This document shows positions 1 to 12,717 of a stretch of 64,000 bases of DNA, one piece after another. The notes under the pieces were generated by a model that saw only the letters and a list, made by a program, of their open reading frames with translations, made no database searches and was not told the DNA's origin. Position numbers and translations under genes: made by a program. Each line of letters starts with the position of its first letter. Position 1 is the first letter of the stretch. The stretch spans positions 95,480,001 to 95,544,000 of the forward strand of contig NC_043002.1 of assembly GCF_006345805.1 (NCBI RefSeq). Direction: 5' to 3'. The DNA comes from Octopus sinensis. Its lineage: Eukaryota.

Positions 1-134
1 AAGTCCACTCACAAGGCTTTGGTCAGCCCGAGGCTATAGAAGAAGACACTTGCCCAAGGTGCCATGCACTAGGACTGAACCCGGAACTATGTGGTTGGTA
101 AGCAAGCTACTTACCACATAGCCACTCCTGCACC
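1..134 (-). mobile_element. tRNA-derived SINE family A, head (cut by window edge)
   Basis: Reverse complement reads GG(T/C)GCAGGAGTGGCTATGTGGTAAGTAGCTTGCTTACCAACC...GGTTCAGTCC...CCTTGGGCAAGTGTCTTC, matching the many other family A copies in the window. Confidence 0.9.
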
Positions 135-489
135 TATATTGCACATAATTTTAATGATGATAAGGATACACATCACAGAAAGAAAAAATGAACTAATCAG
201 AACAGGAGATACATGGGATGAAAGTCACTGAAGAGGTCACAGGTGTGTGACAAAAGATTTCCAGACAATGGACATAAGATAAAATAAGAACAATAATAAA
301 CAAGTGAAGAACAAATATATAATGCGTGTGTTTATTTGTCAAAAAGAAAAATAAAGCAAAAAACATGGCCATCCTGAAATATAGCAATATCTGTTTCAGC
401 ACACGATTTCACATCAGGAATCTTGCAAAACAAATTTATGAAAAAAATAATAATGTAATATAAAACATCAACTGTTTTGGTGCGTAACT

Positions 490-1450
490 TTTGGCCCAGC
501 CAGTATTTGGAAGTAGAAAAGCTACCTGAACATCATATATCAATTCATTCAGTAATAATGGAAAACATGGAGTACTGTTCACATGAATTAAGAATTTATT
601 TTTTAAGGTTCTTAACCAGTGGCATCTTGGACAATTGTCTTCTGCTATAGCCCCGGGCCGACCAATGCCTTGTGAGTGGATTTGGTAGACAGAAACTGAA
701 AGAAGCCTGTCGTATATATGTATATATATATATATGTATGTATGTGTGTGTTTGTGTGTCTGTGTTTGTCCCCCTAGCATTGCTTGACAACTGATGCTTG
801 TGTGTTTACGTCCCTGTCACTTAGTGGTTCGGCAAAAGAGACCGATAGAATAAGTACTGGGCTTACAATGAATAAGTCCCGGGGTTGATTTGCTCGACTA
901 AAGGTGGTGCTCCAGCATGGCCACAGTCAAATGATTGAAACAAGTAAAAGAGTAAAAAAAAGAGTAAAGAGTACATATATTATTTGGCAGCAGGGCAGAA
1001 ACACAAACGCCCCCTTTATTTTATCACTCTATAACAGGAGGACAAGATTTACAGTAGCTTTCCATAGCTACTGGTACCTTTGTATGATAAACAGTCAGCA
1101 GTTTGAGTTTTAGTTTTCCTAAAATGCTACCACCAAGTAGGACAGTCGTAGAATCTTTGGCAGCTCTGAACTTTAGTGCAATTTTTTTTCTTCTTTAGAA
1201 AGGTAAACTGGTTTTGGCATTTGTTTCCAAACTAAGTTTGTCTTACCAACATTAAAATTATGCTGCATTGTGTATCCTCCTCCATCAATAATATTTTTCA
1301 GCAAAGCTAGAAAAGCAGCCACAGCTTCTTTGTTGGAACGTACAAACTCACTTGTTATCTATATGTTATGCTATTTTGAAGGATTGTTGAAATGCTCAAG
1401 CCAACCACAACTTGACACAAAGCTTTCACTTTCAATGCTAGAAAGTTCTT
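490..1450 (-). pseudogene. Tigger/pogo-like (DDE_1, CENP-B-related) transposase relic, split by a SINE at ~612-975
   Basis: Manual minus-strand translation gives ESFVSSCGWLEHF..HNI.ITSE..SNKEAVAAFLALLKNIIDGGGYTMQHNFNVGKTNLVWKQMPKPVYLSKEEK, then FRAAKDSTTVLLGGSILGKLKLKLLTVYH. Beyond the SINE it continues KFLIHVNSTPCFP...VAFLLPNT. These match Tigger motifs ASxGW, FNxDETGLxWKxMP, FKxxKDRxT and LDNAPGHP..FLPPNT. Contains stops and frameshifts. Confidence 0.8.
612..975 (+). mobile_element. SINE family A, 5'-degraded
   Basis: Family A body, internal (TA)n(TG)n, and 3' end GGTGGTGCTCCAGCATGGCCACAGTCAAATGATTGAAACAAGTAAAAGAG. Confidence 0.9.
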
Positions 1451-2089
1451 TTTTTTTTTTTTCCTCCCTTCAGAAATTATTAACTTGCAAGATATTTCAT
1501 GAAAAGAGAAGTAAAAATGATTCTGGAATCTCTAGAGTATAGTTTGTAATTGAGAGATGTTTCAGAGGAAAGGTAATTCTTTGTGGAAAATAACTCTCCA
1601 TTTAAAAGTAGTGGTGCAAGGTAGTGTAAGATATATACAGACATAATCAGCTGAAAACGACAAGAGTGTAGCAATGTCACACATACTGCATCATACAGAA
1701 ATCAAAGAGAAAACAGTCATAGATATGTGTGTATATATTGGTATGCATGCGTGTATGTGTGTGTAAGTGTGTGCATGTACACATGAACATACACTTTCTG
1801 CTCAGTTGGAAATAGTATTCAATATATGTAGAAAGGGAGGAATGCAGTAACACTAATTATGAGTGTTGTTATTGGATTTTAAGCACACTAAAGTGAATTT
1901 TTTCTAATAACTGCTTAATGATATCAGTTGATCAAAGGTTTTACATGTACTGTATTATATATGTCAGATCCTACCAAAGTTATATTCAGTATGCAGAATA
2001 CTGCTTTGATGTATTTTTCCTCAGCTATATTGTTGAGGAATGTGGTACATAGTGGGGGAGATTTCATTTTAGGAGTAGCATAAACTTAT

Positions 2090-2880
2090 CATACATTAAT
2101 ACCATACATCAATATCAGTTCTTGCTACCAGTAACATTATCATAAACACCAACTTCTCAACTAACAAATAAGTCTTCAACAATATTACTTTAGCTGCAAG
2201 CAGATTTATGCATGGTAGTACTTACACCTTAAAATCACAGTCCACCAACACCGAGAACAGACCCTGCAAAATCATCTATCTTAGACATACATTTTTTTTC
2301 CAGAAATTCTATGTCAAATGTTATCAAACATTTTTCCATTAACCATCATTATAGAAAACTGCTCAAGAAAAACTGCCTAATATGAGTTAACTCATTATTA
2401 AAATATTATAACAAAAGTTAACTAAATAAACAGAAGTTAAGTTCAAATGCAGAAGCACCAATGCATGGTCACTCAATTAGTCATGCAATGCTAAGATGAC
2501 AATATATGATGGAGCATCCAATTCTACAAAACAGAACCCTACCACAAAGTATAAACACTGCATTGACATGGTTGAAGGTAAGTGTAAGCATCGTTACTTC
2601 ACCCACACATCACCCTTTAGATACAGAATGATTAGGGACACAACAAAATTACTGAGTATCATTGATTTTTAAAAATGCAGGATACTGATTTTGACATCAA
2701 CTGGAAAATCTTGGAGCAGAGTAGATTATATCAATGATACAAAAGGATGCAATTTATGTTCAGTTGAAAAGAGACTCATATTGAATAATATCAATTATTT
2801 TGTGCATTATCTAAATACAATCAGAATTCCTTATGAAATGCTGCCACTTCAGTAACTATTTGCTAAAAGTATGGAAATAT
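2090..2880 (+). pseudogene. Penelope-like element relic A (GIY-YIG endonuclease region)
   Basis: Manual translation with frameshifts: IKHFSINHHYRKLLKKN; CRSTNAWSLN*SCNAKMTIY; HCIDMVEGKCKHRYFTHTSPFR; DTDFDINWKILEQSR; YINDTKGCNLCSVEKRLIL; KCCHFSNYLLK. The motif order matches the better-preserved PLE at 55.8-57.7 kb. The 5' limit is uncertain. Confidence 0.8.
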
Positions 2881-3463
2881 ACACTAGGACTAGATCATCA
2901 AAAACATATTTTGTTTACAATTTTTGATTGCATCCTTTTATTCATTTGTCTTCTATATTATTTTCTCCACAATACTTTCCTGCTTGCCAGTGCCCATTAT
3001 TTCTTTTCACAACCCTTCTCTCTATTTTCTCAAACCACAAAAACCTCAGAAATTTTTCAATGCCTATTTACTGGTCCTATTTGGTCCTCTCTAAACTTTT
3101 TGCTAATTTTTCTCTTTTTTCAAATAGCCAGACTATTATCAATACAGAGAAACAACCCATCACTGCCAGGTTTTAAATATATTGTGCCCCTTATAAGAGC
3201 TCAAACATAATGCGCATGACAGGCATCAATGCCAATATCTAGCAGTTTGAGAGTTGTAAGAAAATGTACAATGGAGCTGCTAAACAATATAAGATCAATA
3301 ACATTCCACCTCCATTGAAGCAAGAAAGCTTGCCTAGTTTTTTTAATTCAGGCATAAAACTATTAATAATGCAATGTTAATCTATACATGGGCTATATCA
3401 AGTAATATAAATGCCTATTCTCACCTGTATTGAGTGTGCTTTGCTCATGTAAACCCATATATA

Positions 3464-3660
3464 TTATCATCATCATCATTTAATGTCTGTCATCCATGCT
3501 GGCATGAGTTGGATAGCTTGACATGGTCCAATGAGTCACGGTCTTCATGAAGCCTCAGTGACTATTTTGGCATGATTTCTGAAGCTGGATGCCCTTCCTA
3601 ATGCTAACCACATTACAGAATGTACTAGGTACCTCTTCTATGACATCAATATAAGTGAGG
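3464..3660 (-). mobile_element. RTE-LINE 3' UTR/tail fragment
   Basis: (CAT)n-TTTAATGTC...CCATGCTGGCATG...GCTGGATGCCCTTCCTAATGC. The same tail is fused to RTE coding sequence at 7.2-7.9 and 39.6-40.2 kb. Confidence 0.8.
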
Positions 3661-4059
3661 CCACCAAGTAACTTGCAATACAAAGAAGGAGGAGGAGAAG
3701 GGGAAGAGAAGCAGAAGTCCCCTCAACTGAATGGGGTTGCAGTAGGGGAGATAATGACTTTATGCCAGATGTTGAGAGACTAAAGTATGTTTGATGAATA
3801 GGTACAGGTGTCATGCTATAGAGGAGATATACAGCTAAATATAGGAGTGGGTTGTAGTAGCTGGAAAGAAGACAGAGGTGCTGGCAATGAGGTGTCAGAG
3901 CATACTTTCAAGGTACAAGGTGAATGTGAGAGAGTATACAAACCGACATTGGGGAGGTGGGAGTGGATCAGTTCTTAGCAGTGTGAGAGGAAAGATGATT
4001 AGGGACTGGAGATGTTAATCTGAATGATACAAGGTTGGTGAGGTCAATGGTAAATAGTA

Positions 4060-4439
4060 GGAGCACTCCGTCAGTTGCGACGATGAGGGTCCCAGCTGAT
4101 ACGATCAACGGAACAGCTTGCTTGTGATATTAACATGTAAGTGGCTGAGCAGTCCACAGACATGTGTACCCTTAATGTAGTTCTCGAGGAGATTCAGCGT
4201 GACACAGAGTGTGACAAGGCTGGCCCTTTGAAATACAGGTACAAGAGAAACAGGAAGAAAGAGCGAGAGAAAGTTGTGATGAAAGAGTACAGCAGGGTTC
4301 ACCACCACCCCCTGCCAGAGCCTCGTGGAGCTTTAGGTGTTTTCGCTCAATAAACAGTCACAATGCCCAGTCTGGGAATCGAAACCGCGATCCTCCGACC
4401 GCGAGTCTGCTGCCCTAACCACTGGGCCATTGCGCCTCC
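4060..4439 (-). mobile_element. tRNA-derived SINE family C (tail type 1)
   Basis: Head GGAGGCGCAATGGCCCAGTGGTTAGGGCAGCAGACTCGCGGTCGGAGGATCGCGGTTTCGATTCCCAG carries A box TGGCCCAGTGG and B box GGTTTCGATTCC. Homologous heads lie at 28.5 and 30.7 kb. Confidence 0.85.
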
Positions 4440-5089
4440 CAATGGTAAATATCATTGTGTGGGAAATGATTAAAAAATAGCTAAGGAAGGAGGAGGTGAT
4501 AAATGGTAGTACTGGAAAGGGGTGGAGAGTAGCAGTATAATAAGCCTGTAGATAGATCAAGAAATAAGGAAAGCCAGTCAGCAGATCAGAAAATAGGGAG
4601 AGAGAAAGAAGTACAGGGACTAAGATAAAGGTTAGAAGGATGTAGTGATGGCTATAATGAGTAGTAGACAAAGGAGAGGGGGAATTAACTTCAGATATGA
4701 GGGGGTGACAAGAGTAAAAGCAAGTATGAGAGTGAGTGAGAGATGAGATAGATGAGATATGGCAGTCTTACGATGTAGATCAGTGGAAAGGGAGAGATAT
4801 GTGGAGGCAGAGAAAGGGGTGAGCAGTGGGAAATAAATGTGAATGGATGATATTGAGAGTAAGGAACAGAAATTTAAGGAACCGGTTCCAGGGAGATGGG
4901 GAGGTAACTAGTAGTAAAAAGGGGAACAGATATCTGTAGATCCTGCTGTCATATGATTACAGCAGCTGAATAGTGCCAATGTTAGAAAATAGATGGAGGG
5001 ATGGGCATTATTAAGATGAGAAATGGGAAAAGCTTGGTGGGGACAAGTAGAATGCAAGAGCAGGGTATTGGCATAATCCCAATGTTTTC

Positions 5090-5915
5090 AAACTTTACTT
5101 TGATGATGGTTACGTCTTACCGAGCACAGCAAAATACCAATCTACTTGGTCTTTTTTCAATTCCTTTATGATGCTTAACATCTTCATATAAGCTTTTGCT
5201 ACATGTTATGTCTTCCTGAGTCTCCCTCTTTTGCAAGTTCCACCCATTTTAATTAATCTGCATTTCTTTATACACCTGTTATTATCCATATGTATCACAG
5301 GTCCAAATCGGCACAGTTTTCTCCCTTGCACACTACAACTGATTTATCGGGTCTTTTCGGTTTAAACGGCAGTTTTTTCTAGCGGTGTCATATGAAATTG
5401 CCACCCATAATTATGACCCTAGAATCGATTTATTGCATTTCAATCTCTCCTAGGGCTAGGGTTAGGGGTGGGGGGAAGGTATCTTTTTTTTCTTCACAGA
5501 TGTAAATAAACCCAATCTGTTTCTTAAACGAGGGACATATTCATACGGCACAGAATGCTTTTTAACTCAATAGACGTCACTGATTGGTTGAAATTGCAGA
5601 AATTGAAGAAAAAAAAACAACAAATATCTTACAAACTATAGAATTTTCTCAATAAAGCCAAGAGAAAAAGATGTTTTATAAGCACATTCTACCAGTATAT
5701 GAAGTTTAAAATTTTTTAGTTACCTAGAAATTATGTTAAAAACTGCTGTTCAAACCGAAAAGATCTGATTTATCTTATGCCCCATTTTTTTTTCACTCAA
5801 CACATTTGCACTGTCAAACATGCCCAACACATCCATCAAAGAATACTGGCTTCATTTCTTTCTAGTTTTCACATGTCCTCAACATTCAGGGCCTATGTCT
5901 CAATACCAAGTAGCA
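5090..5915 (-). pseudogene. RTE LINE ORF C-terminal relic, interrupted by the MITE at 5349-5766
   Basis: ET*ALNVEDM*KLERNEASIL*WMC (5800-5900) continues after the MITE as VQGRKLCRFGPVIHMDNNRCIKKCRLIKMGGTCKRGRLRKT (5150-5340). Confidence 0.8.
5349..5766. mobile_element. MITE with ~29-bp TIRs and 8-9-bp TSD
   Basis: Left end GGGTCTTTTCGGTTTAAACGGCAGTTTTT; right end AAAAACTGCTGTTCAAACCGAAAAGATCT. Flanked by direct repeat (T)GATTTATC at 5340/5341-5348 and 5766/5767-5774. Confidence 0.9.
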
Positions 5916-6959
5916 TTATTGTTCATATACATACATCATACAATTTACTTTTCCCTCAAGGAGAAACTCTCCATAATCAACAGAGATAATAACTCACTGA
6001 ACATTTTCTCTCCTACTCATATTGTATTAACTATACTTTCATAAAATCTTCTTCCTCCGCTAATTAGGTTTCCTAGGTAACAGAAACTAACTATCACCGT
6101 TAGGGAATCTCCTGGGTATTTGAGAGAATCTATTTACAGTGTGTCTTTAGTGTTTATTGCTCCAGTACATCTCACATATATTACACATACACACACAGAC
6201 ATATACGTCATGTCATTTTCCCCTCCTCTACTGCCTTTCAGCTTATAGAATGGTTTGTTTCTTTTTATTATCATCTGTACACCTACGATTTATACATAAT
6301 TTTGGAAATCTTTAGTAATTTAAATTCACAGATATGATATTTTCCATGAGCTATACTGATGAGATCAAAACATGCAGCAACAGATGATGAAAAAAAAGTT
6401 GCTATAAAATACTTGTATAAAATTCAAGCCTTCATTATCAGCATCCCTATATTCCATCTATTTACATGTGTGTTTTGTGCGTGCTTTGTATGTGTGAATA
6501 CTGGTCACTCATAATCTTGCCAACTAACAAGACTATGTGCTTTGCTGGAGAGATCTAATAAGACCAAAATATTCACTCCAGTCTTCAATGCCTATAATAT
6601 CCCAAAAATTTTATTACAGATCCTATTAAAGTTACCCCCTCTAAATCATTCATTTTCAGATTCTAAACACTCCAAGGAGTTTTTATCCGCTTATTACATG
6701 GATAATCATAGTTCAAAGTATTTCAGTATAATTAATGCGAAAGCCAACAATATTTATATTTTCCACTCACATTTAACACCACAACTTGTTATGGTTTGTA
6801 TTTCATTGCCAACAGATGATACTATACTAAACTGGTGTATATGATTGTTTCCATATTTTATGATTGCCACATTACTTATATATTTGGTTCCTCGAGTTGC
6901 TATGCTTGATAGAATATTGAATTTGAATGCCAGATTGCTTTTATCCTTTATTGACATAT

Positions 6960-8115
6960 TTAATACTATAGTTTTACATATTTTGTACTTTTCATATATT
7001 TAATATTGTACAAACATATTTCACAATAATGTTATGATTTACAACTATATTTTACAATAATATTGGTATTTTACTGAAATATTCTACAATAATGTAGTAT
7101 TTTGCTACCATATTTTACAATAATGTTGTTTTGTTAGCTCTCTTCAATATGTTGCATTTCATTAACATGTTCCACAATAATGTTGATATTTTCATAATAA
7201 TGCTGATATTATGCTAGCATATCATCATTATCATCATCATCATTTAACATCCATTGTCCATACTAACATGGGTTGGCTGGTGTGACCAGAGCTGGCAAGA
7301 TGGGGCTGTACCAGACTCCAGTCTGTTTTGGCATGGTTTCTATGGTTGGATGCCCTTCCTAATGCTAACCACTTTACAGAGTGTGCTGGGTGTTTTTACG
7401 TGGCATTGCACAGGTGATTTTATGCGGCATCACATGGGCACTTTCACACGGCACTGCCACAAGTACTTTACACCACCAGAAGGGTTGCTCTTAACACTTC
7501 TGCTGCTGCAGAGTACAGGTCTTCTTGAGTATAGTCAGGCACCAGCTATCTTAGTCCTTTGTCGTCTCGCTTAAATGGTTCAGTGTTCTGCGGTCATTCT
7601 TCAGTATTTCATCCCATGTCTTCCTCAGTCTCCCACTTCTATGTGTTCCATCCACTTTGAGTAACCGGCACTTCTTTATGGACCTATTGGCATCCATCAA
7701 CATCATATGACCAAACCAACACAGTCTTTTCTCTTGTACATAGCAATCAATTCCTCTTATGCCTAACTTCTCTCTCAGAACACTGGCAATCTGTTGAACA
7801 TGTATACTTACATTCACTTACATTACACATCCAGCAGAGCATACTAGCCTCTTCATAATAATGTATTTTACAAACATATTTTACAATAATGTAATTTTTT
7901 CAAGCTCTTTTCAATATAATGTAGTTTATTAACATGTTTCACAATAATGTCAGTATTTTCACAATAATGTTGATATTTTACTAGCCAGTTCACAATAATG
8001 TATTTTACTAATATATTTTACAAAAATGTTGTTTCACTAGCTCTCTTCAACATAATGTATTTTATTTACCTGTTATCTTAGTAGCATATTTCACAATAAT
8101 GTATTTTTCAAACAT
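6960..8115. repeat. Degenerate minisatellite with core TTT(T/C)ACAATAATGT, interrupted by an RTE insertion
   Basis: About 14 core copies at 20-35-nt spacing in 6960-7220 and 7855-8115. Confidence 0.7.
7222..7856 (-). mobile_element. RTE LINE 3' fragment (C-terminal coding plus 3' UTR and (TGA)n tail)
   Basis: ORF 7551-7817: LREKLGIRGIDCYVQEKRLCWFGHMMLMD...GTHRSGRLRKTWDEILKND, the RTE signature RLxWFGH...RGRPxxTW. Ends in ATGGATGTTAAATGATGATG. Confidence 0.9.
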
Positions 8116-8214
8116 ATAATCTGTGACTGTTCTACAGCTGGAGGACCTTCCTGTCACCACCTGTAGTTCATTGATTTTTCTGGGAAGTGCAAATGTAAGC
8201 AAATACACAGACAT

Positions 8215-8405
8215 CATTGTCATCATCATAATTTAACATCCATTTTCCATGCTTGTATGGGTTAGAATGTTTGACTAGCACTCGTAAGCTGGAGTGCTGC
8301 ATCAGGCTCCAATCTGTTTTAGCTTGGTTGCTACGACTGGATGCCCTTCCTAACACTAACCAACTTACAGAGTGTATTGGATGTCTTTTATATGTCACCA
8401 GCACA
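8215..8405 (-). mobile_element. RTE 3' UTR/tail fragment
   Basis: (CAT)n TTTAACATCCATTTTCCATGC...GGATGCCCTTCCTAAC. Confidence 0.8.
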
Positions 8406-10446
8406 AAACACAGACAAACACACATATTTATGTGCCCTCACACACACAATATCAAGGTTCTTCCAATTTTTGACAACTAAATCAACTCACAAGGCTTTGG
8501 TCAGCCCAGAGCTATAGTAGAAGATATTTACACCAAGTTCCACAGAGTGGGACCGACCCAAATGATACAGTTGAGAAACAGACTTCTTAACCACACTCAC
8601 ACACAAACACATATATATTCTTTTATCCTTTTACATGTTTCAGTCTATGGACTGTGGCCATCCTGGGTTTTAAGTACACATTTTTGGGGGGCCTTTTAAG
8701 CCTGGCATTTATTTTATTGGTCTCTGCCTGGGTAGGTGGTGTTGATAAACTACAAAAATGGTGAAACATCGATGTCCATCACTCCCAGATGGGATTGAGG
8801 GTGTGTTATCTCATCTCTCCATGGCTCTAAGGTGTTTTAACACTGGCAACATGAGAGCTATATACTCCACTGGAAAATACACAAAGCATATACATTAGTA
8901 TATGTATTTAACAATATTTATTATACTAGAGAGAGAGAGAGAGAGAGAGATGTATGTATGTATGTATGTATGTATGTATGTACGTATGTATGAATGAATG
9001 CATGGTAAGCTTTCTTCAGTTTTCATCTACAAAATCCACTCAGAAGGTCTTACTCAGCCTAGGCTATGGTAGATGACACTTGCCCAAGGTTACCTGGAAT
9101 CGTGTGGTTTGGAAGCAAACTTCTATCCACACCTGTGTCTATATACATACAATATTCTTCCACAAAGTTTCTATATGTCAGATGGTTAGCCTGAGGCTAT
9201 AGCAGAAGACACTTACTTGCCCAAGGTGCTACAGAGAGAGAAAGATAGAGAGAGACAGAGACAGAAAACATGTGTTTTCAAAGTATATTTCTTAACCATG
9301 TAGCCATTATTCAGACTGTCAATAATTCAACAAACCACCAGATATTATAATTGTTTACATATAATAATGTTGTTCAAACATAAAGAATTTCTTAAAGCTC
9401 ATTCAAGCTTTCAGTTGTCATTTGCTCCCCATGAGAATGCAATATTCAAAGTATCAAGAATTATTAACAATAGGCGCTATAGAGCTAAATTTCAGTTTTA
9501 ATGATAATCTCATGATTGCACAGATTGTAGCCTTCCTGACTAACAGCAGGATTATCTCTCAAGTAAACATTCTAGAACTACGTGGAATCTTTTATTGGTT
9601 TCTACAGAGATACAATTGTCAGCTTCACAGGAATTAGTTGGCGAAGCGCCATAAATTGATTTTATTTTTATTTTAACTGAAGATGTGTTGGTTTGTTAAA
9701 ACAATGTTTATTTAGGAATTGAATTTCAATATGCTGCTGGTGTTTAACACCAGGTCAACTTTCACTGAGTAGAACCATGATCAAAAGTATTCAAGTGATG
9801 ACCATGCTAACTTTTTAGAGGGTTATATGTCCTGCCCACATATAAGATGTTAGTGTGCATGATTTAAGTAAGATTTGATTGCTATATTTAGCAGGTTGAG
9901 TAACCATGTGTAGGTTATACAACCTACATATAATGACATGCAGACTTTTGCACCGGTTCATATTTAACAAAGTTAAATTACATAGACTCTTAAAACTGAG
10001 TCAGATGATAGTGTAAAACAATAGCTGGTTGAGAATAAATACAGCCGAATGTATTCTAAATTACAGATGTGATTTGTTTAATGCTATTCTAAGATTTGTA
10101 ACTCAATAAAGATCTTAATTAGAAAGTAGGAAAACACATAAAATATAAAGCAGAACTGAAAATAATGAAAGATTAAAGAAAGAGAAAAAGATATATGCGT
10201 ATGAAGGAGCAAAGTCATGCAGACAAGGCTTTGCAGAGAATCACCATGATTAAAAAGTTAAAATACTGAACAGCAGTTCCAAAGGTTGTGTGTTCAAACC
10301 TAGGAGCAAGCATAGCTGTGATATTAAGAAGTTTACTTTGAAAAAGCTTTGCATCTGACAACTTTGCACTTTGCAAAAGTGTCTGCTGCTATAGTGCAAG
10401 AAAAGTTCTGGTTTTAAGATACCTTGTGAGAGAAATTTGGTGAAAT

Positions 10447-10766
10447 TTATGCGTGTATGTGCATGTGTGTGTGTGTTTGTATGAGAGAGAGAGAAAGTGT
10501 GTGTGTATGAGAGAGAGAGAGAGAGAAAGTGTGTGTGTGAGAGAGAGAGAAAGTGTGTGTGTGTGTGTGAGAGACTGTGTGTGCATGTGTGAGAGAGAGT
10601 GTGTGTGTATGTGTATGCATGTGTGTGTGTATGATCATGTGTGTGTGTGAGAGAGAGAGTGTGTGTATATGTGCATGTGTGTGTGAGAGAGAGTGTGTGT
10701 GTGTGAGAGAGAGTGTGTGTGTGAGAGAGAGAGAGAGAGTGTGTGTGTGTGTATATGTGCATGTCA

Positions 10767-10797
<31 letters not shown>

Positions 10798-10830
10798 TGT
10801 GTGTGTTTGTGTGTGTGCATGTGTGTATGT
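10447..10830. repeat. Compound (GT)n/(GA)n microsatellite
   Basis: Alternating GT and GA runs, directly visible. Confidence 0.95.
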
Positions 10831-11167
10831 CTTACCACTAAGAAATGTTCTCAAGAAAAATTTAGCAAAACAACCAAAACGTAATCGAGCAAGACAAAAG
10901 AAAAAGCAATAAAAATATGGATTATTCACATACATGCTTCACTATTAACATATTTCATAATTTTACTTAAATAAATATCCATAGATTATCGGTGCGACAG
11001 TCCAGATTAATATAATTTGCAGGACTGCATACTAGGACGTCTGCACAAAGTCAGACTTGTAAACGGTTCTACCCATTACTCGTGGTAATGCGGATCTATT
11101 TCTAGCATAAGGGTGTCCACATAGTGGTTTCCCTCTTATATGTATATATATATACACACATACACAC

Positions 11168-11337
11168 ACACACTCAATAGGCTTCTTTCAGTTTCCATCT
11201 GTCAAATCACAAATGCATTGGTCAGCTTGAGGCTTTAGTACAAGACACTTGCTCAAAGTGCTATGCAGTGGGACTGAACCCCAGACCCTTGTAGTTAGGA
11301 AGCAAGCTTCTTACCACACAGTCATGTCTGCACCTAT
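11168..11337 (-). mobile_element. SINE family A head, degraded
   Basis: GGCTTCTTTCAGTTTCC...GACACTTGCTCAAAGTG...GGGACTGAACCC...CTTACCACACAG. Confidence 0.8.
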
Positions 11338-11537
11338 AATGTATCATATTTGAAAACAAGCAAAAGTTGATACTGAGAAGGGTTTGAGGCTACCCCCAGA
11401 AGTCATGTCTAATTATACCAGTATGGAAAAAGCAGGTGTAAAAAACATCAATAATGATGTGAGTGTGTGTGTGTGTGTTTGCATGCATGTGCATGTGTGT
11501 GTGTGTGTATATGTTTGAGTAAGAAAGAGAAAGAGTA

Positions 11538-12057
11538 CCATAAATCCTTGAGTATAATCCGCATTTTTTTCCCAAAATTTAAAGGTCAAAATCCCTAGTG
11601 CGTACTATATACGAGGTTAAAAATGAAAATTATTTTCTAAGCAATGTCCAAGTCTCTATTTGCTGTCCAGCAATGTTTATTCAGATGCATTTTGTGATGT
11701 CAGACACGAAAATACCTTAAGCTAAGCCTGAAGGCAATGAAGTCATAAAAGAATCATCTATAACTTGCCGTAAGCAACATTTATTAAACGTTATTACGTT
11801 ATTAGTGTTATTTCTTTATTTTCTGCAAACAAAATGCACAAAAAAGCTACACGTTTGCATTATGTTATATATACAATAATAATAAAGTATGTTACCGTAT
11901 ACACTTTTACAAACCAAAGACATTATATAGACCTCCTTGACTCAAGTTAGAGAAGGAGTGTGTATTATACATAAGATTTAGGTTTTACAGAGTTACAGCC
12001 CCCTAAAAATCCCCTGCGTATTATACTCAAGGGCGGACTATACTCGAGGATTTACGG
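11538..12057. mobile_element. Tc1/mariner-superfamily (Tc2/pogo-like) MITE, TA TSD
   Basis: TA|CCATAAATCCTTGAGTATAATCCGC ... GCGGACTATACTCGAGGATTTACGG|TA: 25-bp TIR with 3 mismatches. Confidence 0.9.
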
Positions 12058-12589
12058 TATGTTTGTGTGTGTACATAGTTTTTGCTAATGTGTATAGTCA
12101 AAAGAGACAATTATCAGTAAGCAAGCCAAAAAAAAAAAAAAAACTTCTTTTGAATGAAAATGTTCTATGTGGTGTTTGTTTTTTCACAAGGTACACAGAC
12201 AATCCCTTGTTCTTCTCACTTTAAGAAAGGTAAATAATCAGTGACTGACATATTTCAAACTTGTAACCAACAATATTAATGATCACCAAATTTGCTATAG
12301 AGGTAAAATGAATAAACCTGTCTCTGACATTGTTTGAAGTTCCAATGTGAAATAAAGTCAACTTTATTTGCCTCGATTTATCCGTCTAGCAAGATTTTTT
12401 TTTCACATATCATGATCAAGCAGAAAAAAAATGTAGTCTTTTTAGGAACATGTTTCTAATGAAATATACTCACTGCCTGTGTGGTTCAATTAATTTTTAA
12501 ATAATAATCAATGAATTAGAGAGTTAGTAAAATAAATCAAACTAGTATTTAAGAGAGTGTCTTAGCAAAAGGATATTGCTTAAAGACAC

Positions 12590-12716
12590 AGAGGTGCATG
12601 GATTAGTGGTTAGAGCGTTTTGACTAATGATTATAAGACTTTGGTTTCAATTCCTGGACTGGGTGATGTATTGTGTTCTTGAGTGCAATTTCATTTCACA
12701 TTACTCTACTCCACTC
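12590..12716 (+). mobile_element. tRNA-derived SINE family D head, degraded
   Basis: GAGGTGCATGGATTAGTGGTTAG...GGTTTCAATTCCTGGACTGGG...TGTGTTCTTGAG, homologous to 31000-31136 (minus strand). Confidence 0.7.
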
Positions 12717-12717
12717 C

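Noticed and set aside
2226-2263. 38-nt minus-strand exon candidate (TTGCAG...GTAAGT) and plus-strand donor GAAG|GTAAGT at ~2578
   Set aside because: Both lie within or next to PLE relic A, have weak pyrimidine tracts, and have no compatible partner exon.
4370-4439. tRNA-like sequences at SINE C, D and A heads
   Set aside because: A and B boxes are present but there is no complete cloverleaf or acceptor stem, and they run into SINE bodies. They are not tRNA genes.
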